This document shows positions 18,339 to 27,751 of a DNA stretch of 64,000 nt, piece by piece. This DNA comes from a virus. Taxonomy: Duplodnaviria > Caudoviricetes. Position numbers and translations under genes: made by a program. The stretch's first letter is position 1. Each line of letters begins with the position of its first letter. Location of the stretch: positions 1 to 64,000 of IMG/VR virus record IMGVR_UViG_3300033066_001351. One strand, given 5' to 3'. The notes under the pieces were generated by a model. That model saw only the letters and a program-made list of their open reading frames with translations, was not told where the DNA came from and ran no database searches.

Positions 18339-19154
18339 ATGACAATTACCGTAAATGCAACGACGGGTACGCAGGTAACTTCCAAATCTGTGTTTCTGGT
18401 CAACGCATCGTCCTCACCTTGGACTGTACCGGCGGGTGTAACACTTATCTACATTGATGCCGCGGCTGCTGGCGGTGGCGGCGGTGGTGGACAAGCATCC
18501 GCGAATACCGCAGGCGGTGGTGGCGGTGGCGCTGGTGACGCCATCATGGGATTTCCTGTTACTGTGGCGCCTGGTGACAAGCTGACGTTCTCGATTGGCG
18601 CGGCTGCTGGTGGCGCCGCGGCGGCGGGGACGGGCACAACCGGATCCAATACGACGATCACACTTCCATCAACCAACGGTGGCGGCACTGTCACACTTTA
18701 CGGTGGCGGTGGTGGTGCTCCTGGTGCTGCTGGTACAGGAGGTGCTTCAGGGACTGGTGGCGGTCAGCCACAGGTTGTCGGTGGTGGTGGTACAGCGGCG
18801 GCAGGCGGTGCTAACGGTGTTAACAGCGCGGTTACAACTTTCATAGCGACATCTGGTGCCTTGGTATATGGCGGGTCCGGCGGCGGCGGCGGCGCAACAG
18901 CGGGAACTGCCGGATTTGGATCCAAGGTTGTAGTCGGCGGTCGCTCTGCGTTTGGCCTTGGTGGCACGCAGGGATCAGGCAACGGCGCGGGCGGCGGTGG
19001 AGCGAACAACATTTACGGTCACGGCGGCACGGGCGGAACGGTCGGCAACCCTGGTGTCGCGCCCACATTTGGTTACGGCGCTGGCGGTGGCGGCGGTGGC
19101 GCCAATGCTGCCGGGTCGGCAGGCAGCCCCGGCTTCATCCGTATCCGCTACTGA
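18339..19154 (+). CDS. Glycine-rich virion/fibre protein
   Basis: WTVPAGVT..I...AGGGGGG and GAGGGGG...GSPGFIRIRY glycine-rich domain. Confidence 0.8.
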   Translation: MTITVNATTGTQVTSKSVFLVNASSSPWTVPAGVTLIYIDAAAAGGGGGGGQASANTAGGGGGGAGDAIMGFPVTVAPGDKLTFSIGAAAGGAAAAGTGTTGSNTTITLPSTNGGGTVTLYGGGGGAPGAAGTGGASGTGGGQPQVVGGGGTAAAGGANGVNSAVTTFIATSGALVYGGSGGGGGATAGTAGFGSKVVVGGRSAFGLGGTQGSGNGAGGGGANNIYGHGGTGGTVGNPGVAPTFGYGAGGGGGGANAAGSAGSPGFIRIRY

Positions 19155-19807
19155 TGCAAGAACACGCTCGCCCTACATTGGACGCTCTCCTGTCAGGAGA
19201 AAAGACCGAAATGACGCGGGAAGAACTTCTCGCGTTCATGTCGGGCGAAGCAGCACCGCGTCTGCGGCCCTACAACGGTCCCTCTGTGCCGCCGAACCCA
19301 CACGATCTTCCGTGGCTCGTGGTCGGCAGTTCGGCGGCGGTCTACGCCGATCTTCGTCACGCGCCGCCTTACGGCCCAACGGTCGCGGTGAACCGGGCCA
19401 TGTTCGATCTGCCTGTAAAGGCGGATATCGGATGCACCTTACACCACGAGATCACGCGGGAACTGTCGCAGCACTATGACGGGCGGCTGTTTTGCACTCG
19501 CGGCACCGACTATGTGACCGATGTTCTTCCGGTAAGGGAAGAATGGCGCAATGGAACCAGCGGCTTGTACGCGGTTCAGATCGCTTTGCACTTCGGCGCC
19601 CGTCGCGTTATTCTTTGCGGGATCCCTATTGACGACAACCCGCACTACAATATGGAACGTGGGTTGTCTCGCGGCATCCAGGAAGTGGTGACGATGCACC
19701 GCGAACCGTGGATAAAGCACGCGAAAGAGTTGCGCGCGGCGGGGGTTCGGTCCATGTCTGGTTGGACCCGCGGGCTATTGGGCGGTCCAGACGACTACAA
19801 CATTTAA
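19154..19807 (+). CDS. Conserved phage protein, possible Maf/GT42-like glycosyltransferase fold
   Basis: LVVGSS, VAVN, TSGLYAVQIALHFGARRVILCGIPID, HY. Confidence 0.6.
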   Translation: MQEHARPTLDALLSGEKTEMTREELLAFMSGEAAPRLRPYNGPSVPPNPHDLPWLVVGSSAAVYADLRHAPPYGPTVAVNRAMFDLPVKADIGCTLHHEITRELSQHYDGRLFCTRGTDYVTDVLPVREEWRNGTSGLYAVQIALHFGARRVILCGIPIDDNPHYNMERGLSRGIQEVVTMHREPWIKHAKELRAAGVRSMSGWTRGLLGGPDDYNI

Positions 19808-19827
19808 GGATTTCACTCGTGGATAAT

Positions 19828-20004
19828 ATGTCAGGTCATCTCTCCCGTCCTTCGGCCAAGGGCGCGTCGCCGTCGGAACCGGCCAAGCCGCCCGTCCCAC
19901 AGCGTCACTTGAACCGTCTCGGCAAGTTGGACGTGTCCAACCCGTATGGCAACGGGAAGCCGTCAACGAAGAACATGGTTGGCAACGACAAGTCGCGCTA
20001 CTGA
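19828..20004 (+). CDS. Small basic hypothetical protein
   Basis: MSGHLSRPSAKG...; 58 aa. Confidence 0.5.
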   Translation: MSGHLSRPSAKGASPSEPAKPPVPQRHLNRLGKLDVSNPYGNGKPSTKNMVGNDKSRY

Positions 20005-20005
20005 C

Positions 20006-20230
20006 CTATTTGCCGGTCGCGACTTCAGTCATCTGTGACTTCGCCCACGCTTCCAACACGGCTTTCTCATAAAGGACCGTCCGGTGCATGAATCGCACGT
20101 AGGGCGGTCCTTTTCGCATGGTGGCGAGCCGCGCCAGCGTCCGCGGCGCCACGGGATAGCCCATTTTTGACAGGTATGCCGCAGCTTCCTTGCGGTTCAG
20201 CCTGTCACCTGAAATACCATTTGATACCAT
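20006..20230 (-). CDS. Excisionase/AlpA-like winged-HTH protein
   Basis: LNRKEAAAYL...PRTLARLA...GPPYVRF...VLYEKAVLEAW. Confidence 0.8.
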   Translation of the reverse strand: MVSNGISGDRLNRKEAAAYLSKMGYPVAPRTLARLATMRKGPPYVRFMHRTVLYEKAVLEAWAKSQMTEVATGK

Positions 20231-20321
20231 AACTACCGTATATACCTTATGTGCGCGAGATACACTATAAGCATGATATGGTATTGCGCGCGACCAATCA
20301 ATGCTTCATGTATCCAAATGT

Positions 20322-20498
20322 ATGGAAACACGCATCATTAAGTTGATTGAGACGGAAATGGAGCGCCAGGTGGCGGGGCTTCTAGGCTCTGACCCCCGCG
20401 ATCCATGCGGCATCGCGATAATCAAAGGGACCTACGCCGGTCTCAAACACGCGCGAGAGATAGTTATCAACTCTCAGCGCCACGATATGGACGAATGA
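20322..20498 (+). CDS. Small conserved protein preceding phage GroES
   Basis: IKGTYAGLKHAREIV pattern; synteny. Confidence 0.65.
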   Translation: METRIIKLIETEMERQVAGLLGSDPRDPCGIAIIKGTYAGLKHAREIVINSQRHDMDE

Positions 20499-20520
20499 CA
20501 CACATGAGGAATGACGCCTG

Positions 20521-21006
20521 ATGTCAACTTTTGACGTGACGCCGAACCAGATTGAATTTTCCTACCAAGACTTGGAGGAAGCCTTTCCGAACGTGGACCC
20601 CCAGCACGCGCCGCACGGCGAGTTCGTTGTGGTCCAGTTCCGCAGCCCGAAGAACAAGACCAAGGGCGGCATTATCCTGGTGGATGACTCCAAGCAGACA
20701 GAACAGGACAATACGCAGGTCGCCAAGGTCGTCGCTATTGGCCCCATCGCGTTCCGCAATCGTCAGACCGGCGAAGAGTGGTTCGGCGGCGCCTGGTATA
20801 AGGTCGGTGACTACGTTCGGGCGCCCAAGTACGGCGGCGACCGCTGGCGCGTGAAGGCCAGCAAGGTCACGAAGGGTAAGAAGGTTGGCGGGATTGAAAT
20901 CCCCGACAAGACTGAGGAAATCGAGGCTGTTTTCGCTCTGTTCATGGAAAAGGATTTGCGCGTCAAGGTTACGGCTGATCCGCGGACCGTGAAGGCTTTC
21001 ATTTAA
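20521..21006 (+). CDS. groES: Co-chaperonin GroES-like protein
   Basis: PHGEFVVV...KTKGGIILVD...AKVVAIGP...WYKVGDYVRAPKYGG. Confidence 0.9.
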   Translation: MSTFDVTPNQIEFSYQDLEEAFPNVDPQHAPHGEFVVVQFRSPKNKTKGGIILVDDSKQTEQDNTQVAKVVAIGPIAFRNRQTGEEWFGGAWYKVGDYVRAPKYGGDRWRVKASKVTKGKKVGGIEIPDKTEEIEAVFALFMEKDLRVKVTADPRTVKAFI

Positions 21007-21028
21007 CAAATTGGTGGTATAATCCAGC

Positions 21029-22222
21029 ATGTCCGATCGAATTATGCGTGAAAGCGCAGACGAAGACGAACGCCCGACACGACAGTCCCGCGGAGGCGTC
21101 ATTGTTGACGCCGTGGACGACGGTCCGATTGAAGACGATTTTGAAATTGTCGATACCGATTCGTCGCTTCAGCCGCTTGAGGCCGATGAGCCGGAGGCCC
21201 GGCTTACCGAACAGGAAGCCGCGGACAAGCCGCTCATTGATGCCGGCGGCGAAGGCCCTGAAGAACAGCGCACCCAGCGTCGTAATCGCGCGGAAGAGCG
21301 TCGGCGCCGCAAGGAAGGCCGGGAGCGTACATTCGCCGAGAACGCGACCCTTCGCGCTGAATTGGCAAATCTCCGCAAGGAGATGGAAGGCATTGCGCCG
21401 CGTCTGAGCCAGATCGACCGCAACCGGATCGAAGATCAGGTCGCGGCGACGGATCGCCAGATGCAGGAAGCGGCGACGCGTGCCGCACAGGCCCGACGTC
21501 ATATGGCGGAAGCCATTACGTCCGCCGATGCCGACGCCCATACGGTGGCGCTGGAAGCGTGGGAAAACGCGCGTTCGGAAGGTCAGCGACTGGCCGAACA
21601 AAAGGCCAAGTTGTCGGCGGCTATTTCCGATGCACCGCGTGACAACGGGCGCGAAGCCGGCGGCTACGTTGAACAGCCCCGCCGGGAAGCGCAGCCGGAA
21701 CGTCGCACGGCGCCGCTGCCGGCGGCTGTCATGGACTTCGTGGAGGACTTCCGCGAAAAGCACCCGTGGCTCAAGACCAACGCGAACGGCCAGCCGGCGG
21801 ACTTCGACTCCAACATCATGTTGCAGATCGACAATGCCGTTGCGTCCGAAGGGTTTGATCCGCAGACGCAGGACTACTGGGACGAGATTGATGAGCGGGC
21901 GCGGCAGTATCTGCCCCACCGGTTCAACAACGGCGCCCGTGGTCGTGCGGCGCCAGCGCGTAGCGCACAGCCTACTCAACCCGCTCAACAGGAGCGTCCT
22001 CCGGTGATTAGACGTGGTCCTATGACGCCTGGATCAAGTGAACGGGCACCCCAGCCCGGCTCGGACCGAAAAGTGTACTTGAGTCCTGAGCGAAAAGATG
22101 CTTTAATTGCTGCGGGTGCCCTCGGACCCGACGGTCGTACTGTTGAAAACAAGGATATGTACACAAGGTACATGCGCGGTTTTCAAAAATACGACCGTGA
22201 AAACGGGAATGCTGGTCGATGA
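21029..22222 (+). CDS. Putative scaffolding protein
   Basis: Acidic N-terminus, coiled coil, KHPW, YWDEIDER, VYLSPE; upstream of MCP. Confidence 0.65.
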   Translation: MSDRIMRESADEDERPTRQSRGGVIVDAVDDGPIEDDFEIVDTDSSLQPLEADEPEARLTEQEAADKPLIDAGGEGPEEQRTQRRNRAEERRRRKEGRERTFAENATLRAELANLRKEMEGIAPRLSQIDRNRIEDQVAATDRQMQEAATRAAQARRHMAEAITSADADAHTVALEAWENARSEGQRLAEQKAKLSAAISDAPRDNGREAGGYVEQPRREAQPERRTAPLPAAVMDFVEDFREKHPWLKTNANGQPADFDSNIMLQIDNAVASEGFDPQTQDYWDEIDERARQYLPHRFNNGARGRAAPARSAQPTQPAQQERPPVIRRGPMTPGSSERAPQPGSDRKVYLSPERKDALIAAGALGPDGRTVENKDMYTRYMRGFQKYDRENGNAGR

Positions 22223-22842
22223 AAACGGAGATCGAGACGTTGGACGAACAAAATGAGCGTGGTGGCATGATGGATGAGGCGCCGGTTCGGCGTAACTCAC
22301 GCGGAGCCACCCGGCGCTTGAGTTCGGCCCCCGATGAGCGTTTGGGTGTCGATAACGGCTTTCACGTACGAGATGGCGACGATGATCGCGACACGCTTGA
22401 GGACGAACGGTTCGAGGCATTCCGCGATTCAGTAACACATTCGGTGTTGCCGAATTTGCCCAATATGGCCGGCTACCATGTATGCTGGTTGACGACGAGT
22501 AACCTACGCGATTCCATTATCAATCGTCAGCGGATGGGCTACGAGCTAATTCGCGCCACTGACTTGCCCGGTTACGACTGGAGCCAGTCACAGATGAAGA
22601 CGGGTGATTACGCGGGTGTTATCGCCGTGAACGAGATGGTGGCTGCCCGGATTCCGATTTCGCTCTACAATCGCTTCATGCGTGAAGTTCACCATGACCA
22701 GCCCCTCGCCGAAGAGGAAAAGCTGTACAACACGGTGGCCGCAATGAAGGACGAAGCCGAGCGTATGGGATCCTACATTGAAATGGGTGATGGCACAGCG
22801 GGTGTGGTCCAACGGGCCAAGCCGATGGTGTTCACAGAGTAA
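22219..22842 (+). CDS. Conserved head-module protein
   Basis: LPNMAGYHVCWL...MGYELIR; synteny. Confidence 0.75.
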   Translation: MKTEIETLDEQNERGGMMDEAPVRRNSRGATRRLSSAPDERLGVDNGFHVRDGDDDRDTLEDERFEAFRDSVTHSVLPNLPNMAGYHVCWLTTSNLRDSIINRQRMGYELIRATDLPGYDWSQSQMKTGDYAGVIAVNEMVAARIPISLYNRFMREVHHDQPLAEEEKLYNTVAAMKDEAERMGSYIEMGDGTAGVVQRAKPMVFTE

Positions 22843-22894
22843 TACCCTTTCGGTTTTGGCTCTTCGATAAACCCTATCGTGGAGTTAAAACACA

Positions 22895-23485
22895 ATGGCT
22901 ACTACTGCCACCCCGTATGGGTTCCAGCCGATCAGTCATCAGTTCGGAACCCCCCGTACGCTGCGTATGCCGCTTGGTATTGCGAGCGGCCAGAGCGGGA
23001 ACATTTTCAAGTACCAGCCGGTTAAGCTGGTAGCCGGGTATATTTCGCCCGTCACTGCTGCTACCGATCAGATTTTCGGTATCTTCGCTGGTGTGTCGTA
23101 CACGCCGGTTGGGGGTCAGCCGACTGATCAGCCGATGTGGCCGTCGCTTCAGACCTACGTGTCCAATCAGGACATGTTTGTCTATGTGTGGCCGGCGTGG
23201 GATGCCGCTCTGCGCCTTCGCGTGCAGGCCAACGGCGCCGTCGCACAGGCTCTCATGGGCAGCCAGTTCAACGTGTCATCGGTCGCAGGCAACAGCACAA
23301 CCGGTCTGTCGCAGGCCGCGGTTGACGCTGCCGGCGTTACCACGACCTACCAGGGTCAGTTCTTCCTTGAGGAGTTCTACACTGGCGTGGAAGATGCCGA
23401 AGGTGGTGGCGATCTGTACACCGATCTGATCGTTGGTGTCGCTTACCCGCAGGTTGGCCCTGGCAGCCAGAAGTCGATCTACTAA
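22895..23485 (+). CDS. Capsid decoration/minor head protein
   Basis: MATTATPYGFQP...IASG...NIF..QPV...GIFAGVSY; precedes MCP. Confidence 0.7.
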   Translation: MATTATPYGFQPISHQFGTPRTLRMPLGIASGQSGNIFKYQPVKLVAGYISPVTAATDQIFGIFAGVSYTPVGGQPTDQPMWPSLQTYVSNQDMFVYVWPAWDAALRLRVQANGAVAQALMGSQFNVSSVAGNSTTGLSQAAVDAAGVTTTYQGQFFLEEFYTGVEDAEGGGDLYTDLIVGVAYPQVGPGSQKSIY

Positions 23486-23500
23486 AGGTCTCAGCAACAT

Positions 23501-24244
23501 ATGTCTCTCATCATGTACTCGCTCATGGATACCCGACCCGATTACCCGTACGAACCTTTTTATGTTGGTATTGGTACTCGCGGGCGTCCGTTGCAGCATG
23601 TACGTGCGGCCAAATCCAAGCGGAAGCACTACAATCCAAGGGTGCAAGAAGTTATGGAGCAACACTTTGCGCTAGGGGTAGTTCCCGAATGCAAAGTGTT
23701 GGTGGTATGCCCTGATCGGGAATACGCTTGGCTTATAGAGAAGGCGTACATTGCGAAGTTAGGCCGGAAAGGGATTGACGAAGGCGGCATTCTTTGTAAT
23801 CTAGGCGCCGGAGGCGAAGATACTGGTAGCGATTTGCCGCATGTGAAAGCGGCTCAAAGCGCTGCCACAAAACGTCAGAACGCCTTGTGTTGGTCTGATC
23901 CCGAAAAGCGTGCGAAGCGTATCGCCGCTATGAAAGGGAAAAAGAAAACACTGACACCTGAAGCGCTAGAGGCGCGTCGGAATAACGCAAAGAAGTCAGC
24001 AACTCCTCACGCTAAAGCGGCAAAAAGCGAGGCTGCTCGCCGTATGTGGGCTGATCCGGAAAAAAGAGCACGTTTGAGCGAAAGCAAGAAAACGGCGTGG
24101 TTGGACACTGACAAACGAGCCAGTATGCTTGATGGTCGGTCTGCCGGCATCTCTAATTCTTGGAAAGACCCCGGTATCCGTAGCCGTCGTATTAACGGCA
24201 TTCGAAATGCGCTCGAAGAGCGTAACGTTACAGGAGACGAATAA
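23501..24244 (+). CDS. Free-standing homing endonuclease (GIY-YIG-like with NUMOD-like repeats)
   Basis: IMYSL...PFYVGIG..GR...H, IEKAYI..LGR, LCNL..GGE; basic WxDPEKRA repeats. Confidence 0.8.
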   Translation: MSLIMYSLMDTRPDYPYEPFYVGIGTRGRPLQHVRAAKSKRKHYNPRVQEVMEQHFALGVVPECKVLVVCPDREYAWLIEKAYIAKLGRKGIDEGGILCNLGAGGEDTGSDLPHVKAAQSAATKRQNALCWSDPEKRAKRIAAMKGKKKTLTPEALEARRNNAKKSATPHAKAAKSEAARRMWADPEKRARLSESKKTAWLDTDKRASMLDGRSAGISNSWKDPGIRSRRINGIRNALEERNVTGDE

Positions 24245-25158
24245 TGGCTATTCCGATGCGATCAACGGATTTCAGATCGATAGTAGAACCAATTTTGAAC
24301 GAAGAGTTCGATGGTGTCTACGACCAGCGTGTGGATGAGTGGCGCGGGCCGTTCCGTGAAGTGACCGGTATTCCCCGGTCGTATCACGAAGAGCCGGTCC
24401 TGTACGGGTTCAGCGCGGCGCCGGAAGTTCCGGACGGCTCGCCTCTGACCTATCAGGCTGGCGGGCAGTTGTTCATCAAGCGCTACCAGTACCGCGTGTG
24501 GGGCCTTGCGTTCGCTCTCACTCAGGTGCTTATCGAAGACGGCGATCATATCCGTATTGGTCAGACGTACTCGAAGCATCTGGCGCAGTCTCAGATTGAG
24601 ACGAAGGAGACGCTGACCGCGAACAATCTGAACCGCGCGTTCAGCGGCTCGTACCCCGGCGGCGACGGTGTGTCTCTGGTTGCTACCAATCACCCAATCG
24701 TGAACGGTACGTTCAGCAACCAACTTGCTACTGCTGCCGCGCTGAGCCAGACGTCGCTGGAACAGATGCTGATCCAGATTCGTCAGGCGGTGGACAACAA
24801 CGGCAAGAAGATCCGTCTTCAGCCGCGTGCCATCACTTGTTCGCCCGCCAACGTGTTCCAGGCCGAGACTATCCTGAAGTCGGCTCTGCGCACTTCGACG
24901 GCGAACAATGACGTGAACCCTGTCGTCACTATGGGTATGCTGAAGGAGGGTCAGTTCAATATGTCCCGCCTCACCAGCAACACGGCGTGGTGGGTCAACA
25001 CGGATGCCCCCGAAGGTCTGAAGGTCGTCATGCGTCGCGGTCTCAAGAAAGCGATGGAGGGCGATTTTGAGACAAATTCGATGAGGTACCAGTCCACGGA
25101 GAGATACGCAACTGGCTGGACAGATCCACGCACAGTGTTTGGTACTGCTGGGTTGTGA
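24244..25158 (+). CDS. Major capsid protein
   Basis: 304 aa; GGDGVSL..TNHP, LSQTSLEQMLIQI, GDFETNSMRY..TERY..GWTDPR..FGT. Confidence 0.92.
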   Translation: MAIPMRSTDFRSIVEPILNEEFDGVYDQRVDEWRGPFREVTGIPRSYHEEPVLYGFSAAPEVPDGSPLTYQAGGQLFIKRYQYRVWGLAFALTQVLIEDGDHIRIGQTYSKHLAQSQIETKETLTANNLNRAFSGSYPGGDGVSLVATNHPIVNGTFSNQLATAAALSQTSLEQMLIQIRQAVDNNGKKIRLQPRAITCSPANVFQAETILKSALRTSTANNDVNPVVTMGMLKEGQFNMSRLTSNTAWWVNTDAPEGLKVVMRRGLKKAMEGDFETNSMRYQSTERYATGWTDPRTVFGTAGL

Positions 25159-25162
25159 CCAC

Positions 25163-25219
25163 TTGACTCTGTCCTGTTTATAGCATATACATCTCTGTAT
25201 AAGCGCTTAAACAGGACAG
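25163..25219 (+). promoter_or_regulatory. Internal promoter embedded in an RBS-sequestering hairpin
   Basis: TTGACT-17-TATACA; CTGTCCTGTTTA (25169-25180) pairs with TAAACAGGACAG (25208-25219). Confidence 0.65.
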
Positions 25220-25229
25220 GTTAAAATAC

Positions 25230-26213
25230 ATGGTTGCGATACCGTCGGGTAAAAAATGTATGGTTGTGGGCTGTACGTCCCTAGCGCACGTAAGAGATAT
25301 GTGCGGCATGCATTATGAACGCTGGCGTAAACACGGCCACACAGGTGATACACGACGTGTAACACCTGTGTGCAGTGTAGACGGATGTGACGCGCTAAGC
25401 ATTGCTAAGGGTTTGTGTTCTAAACACTATTATAGGGTGAAACGTACCGGCACTACGGATATGTCGGACGCCGACCCGTTGATTTGTTCGTTTGAAGGAT
25501 GCGATAAACCTCATGCGGCGCACGGTTTTTGCAATACACACTACAGACGACTGCATCGTCACGGTACGGTAGCACCTACACGCCCCGCTGATTGGGGTGC
25601 GCGAGAAAAACACCCTTTGTATAGGTGTTGGAACGCCCTTATACGCTATAACGCCAAGGTTACGTGCGAGGAGTGGAAAGATTTTTGGGCTTTTGTTGGT
25701 GCGGTAGGCGAGCGACCCTCACCTAAACATACCATAAGTCGGGTAAACGAAGATACATTTTTTCAGCCGGGTAACGTATTCTGGCGCGAACCGAGACGGG
25801 ATACAAAAACACAAGAAGCCAAAAAACAAGCGGCTGATTACGCACGAATATGGCGTATCGCAAACCTAGATCGCACTATTGACGTAGACCTACGTAAAAA
25901 ATACGGCATCGGCCTTCAAGACTATAACGCCATGTATGAAAATCAAGGCGGCCTGTGCGCTATATGTCGGTGTCAAGAGACTCGTGTGGACCACCGAACT
26001 GAAACTACATCACGTATGGCGGTAGATCACGATCATAAGACAGGTAGATTACGAGACCTTCTATGTCATGCGTGTAACACAGCGCTTGGCGGCTTCAAAG
26101 ACGATCCCGATCTTCTCCGGAAGGCGGTGGACTATCTGGAATTTCATGCTAAAATAGCGCATAGAAGTTCGGAATTTTCAAGCGTGCAAGAGGGCACGAA
26201 AACACTGAACTAA
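25230..26213 (+). CDS. Endonuclease VII-family HNH homing endonuclease with N-terminal Cys/His repeats
   Basis: Three C..GC......G.C..HY.R repeats; QGGLCAIC...VDHDHKTGRLRDLLCHACNTALG. Confidence 0.9.
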   Translation: MVAIPSGKKCMVVGCTSLAHVRDMCGMHYERWRKHGHTGDTRRVTPVCSVDGCDALSIAKGLCSKHYYRVKRTGTTDMSDADPLICSFEGCDKPHAAHGFCNTHYRRLHRHGTVAPTRPADWGAREKHPLYRCWNALIRYNAKVTCEEWKDFWAFVGAVGERPSPKHTISRVNEDTFFQPGNVFWREPRRDTKTQEAKKQAADYARIWRIANLDRTIDVDLRKKYGIGLQDYNAMYENQGGLCAICRCQETRVDHRTETTSRMAVDHDHKTGRLRDLLCHACNTALGGFKDDPDLLRKAVDYLEFHAKIAHRSSEFSSVQEGTKTLN

Positions 26214-26227
26214 CGGAGATTTTTCAC

Positions 26228-27046
26228 ATGGCTCTCGATATTTCTACGACGAATTTTCCGAACGGTCTAGCGACGCCGACGCTCAAGGGTATTGACACTT
26301 CCAGCAACCCGATTGCGATCGCCGTTACCGGCGGCTCGGGTGCGGCTGGCACCAGTACGACAGCCGGCGGCGCTGGTATGGCAGCCTCTATTTCCGGCGG
26401 CGCTGGTGGTGCGAAGACTGATACCGGTGCTGCCGCTGGCGGCGCGGGCGGTGCAACGACTGTCGGTGCCGGTGTTGGCGGGGCGACCGCTTCGGCGGGC
26501 ACTGACGCGGGTGGAGCCGGTGGAAATATTGCTGTTACTGCGGCTGCCGGCGGGGCGGCCAGTGCAGGCACGGGCAATGGTGGCGCGGGCGGTTCTGTTG
26601 TAGTCACGACAGGGGCTGGCGGCGCGTCCACAGGTGGCACCGCTGGTGTGGCCGGTATGATGTTTGTTCGCGGCAACCAGTCTCGCACGCAGGGTGCGCC
26701 GACGGCGCAGACTGTCTCGGCGACGTTGACCGCTGCTGCACTTCTGTCTGGTATCATCACCGGCAACCAGGGTGCTGGCGCGGGCGCATCGTATCAGTTG
26801 CCACTCGGCACCAGCCTTGAAGCTGCACTTCCGACTACCGTTGCTGTCAATGATTCCATTGATTTCTTCATCATCAATACCAGCACGGTCGCCGCGGAAG
26901 ACATCACTGTCACGACGAATACCGACTGGACACTGGTTGGGTCCATGGTCGTTGAAAGCCGCGATAGCGACCGTGCCAACAGCAGCGGTCATTTCCGTGC
27001 TCGCCGCACGGCGGCGCACGTTTTCACTCTTTACCGCCTCGCGTAA
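26228..27046 (+). CDS. Virion protein (G/A/T-rich)
   Basis: TNFPNG N-terminus, LTAAALLSGII, FTLYRLA end. Confidence 0.75.
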   Translation: MALDISTTNFPNGLATPTLKGIDTSSNPIAIAVTGGSGAAGTSTTAGGAGMAASISGGAGGAKTDTGAAAGGAGGATTVGAGVGGATASAGTDAGGAGGNIAVTAAAGGAASAGTGNGGAGGSVVVTTGAGGASTGGTAGVAGMMFVRGNQSRTQGAPTAQTVSATLTAAALLSGIITGNQGAGAGASYQLPLGTSLEAALPTTVAVNDSIDFFIINTSTVAAEDITVTTNTDWTLVGSMVVESRDSDRANSSGHFRARRTAAHVFTLYRLA

Positions 27047-27079
27047 TAGGCTATTTTGGTAACAGAAAGGCAGTAAGGC

Positions 27080-27748
27080 ATGCGCCCCGTAGTAACCACC
27101 ATCATTATTGACGCCCCGGTGTCAAACGGAATTGCTACGGCGCAGTCCTTGGCTTCTGCCGGATCCCTGACGTTGAACGGCTCCAAGGTAATGGGCGGTG
27201 TCGCTATTCTCGGCACCGCCTCTACCGGCGCCCGGCGCGTCATCATTACCAGTGTCGGAGACGACAGCACTCTGACTTGGACCATCACCGGCACCGACCG
27301 CAACGGTCAGACCCAGTCCGAAGCGCTAACCGGCGCCACGGCTGGTGCCACTGTCCAATCAGTTCTCGACTACCTGACGGTTACATCCATCACCAGCAGC
27401 AAGTTGACTGCGGGTAATGTCACCGCCGGTACGAATACCGTGGCGTCGGGTCCATGGGTTCCATGGGATAAATACCCGTCCAATTTTCAGGTGAGCCTCT
27501 ACTACAACCCGCTCACCGGCACCAATGTGACGGCACAGGTTGATGTGACCTATGACGACGTCTATGGCACGTTTCTTCCTTCCGGCGTCACCAATCCACG
27601 CCCTTTCACGCTGCCAACCATGACCGGCGTCACGACTGTGGCGGCAGGGTCTATCGTCGCCCCCGTGAGCGCGTCGCGCCTCACCATTACCGCTGCCGCT
27701 GCAAGTGCCGGCACCGGCCAGCTTACTCAAACGCAGCAGGGGAATTAA
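27080..27748 (+). CDS. Virion protein
   Basis: T/G/S-rich; TITGTD.NG..QSE.LTG motif. Confidence 0.75.
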   Translation: MRPVVTTIIIDAPVSNGIATAQSLASAGSLTLNGSKVMGGVAILGTASTGARRVIITSVGDDSTLTWTITGTDRNGQTQSEALTGATAGATVQSVLDYLTVTSITSSKLTAGNVTAGTNTVASGPWVPWDKYPSNFQVSLYYNPLTGTNVTAQVDVTYDDVYGTFLPSGVTNPRPFTLPTMTGVTTVAAGSIVAPVSASRLTITAAAASAGTGQLTQTQQGN

Positions 27749-27751
27749 CCC

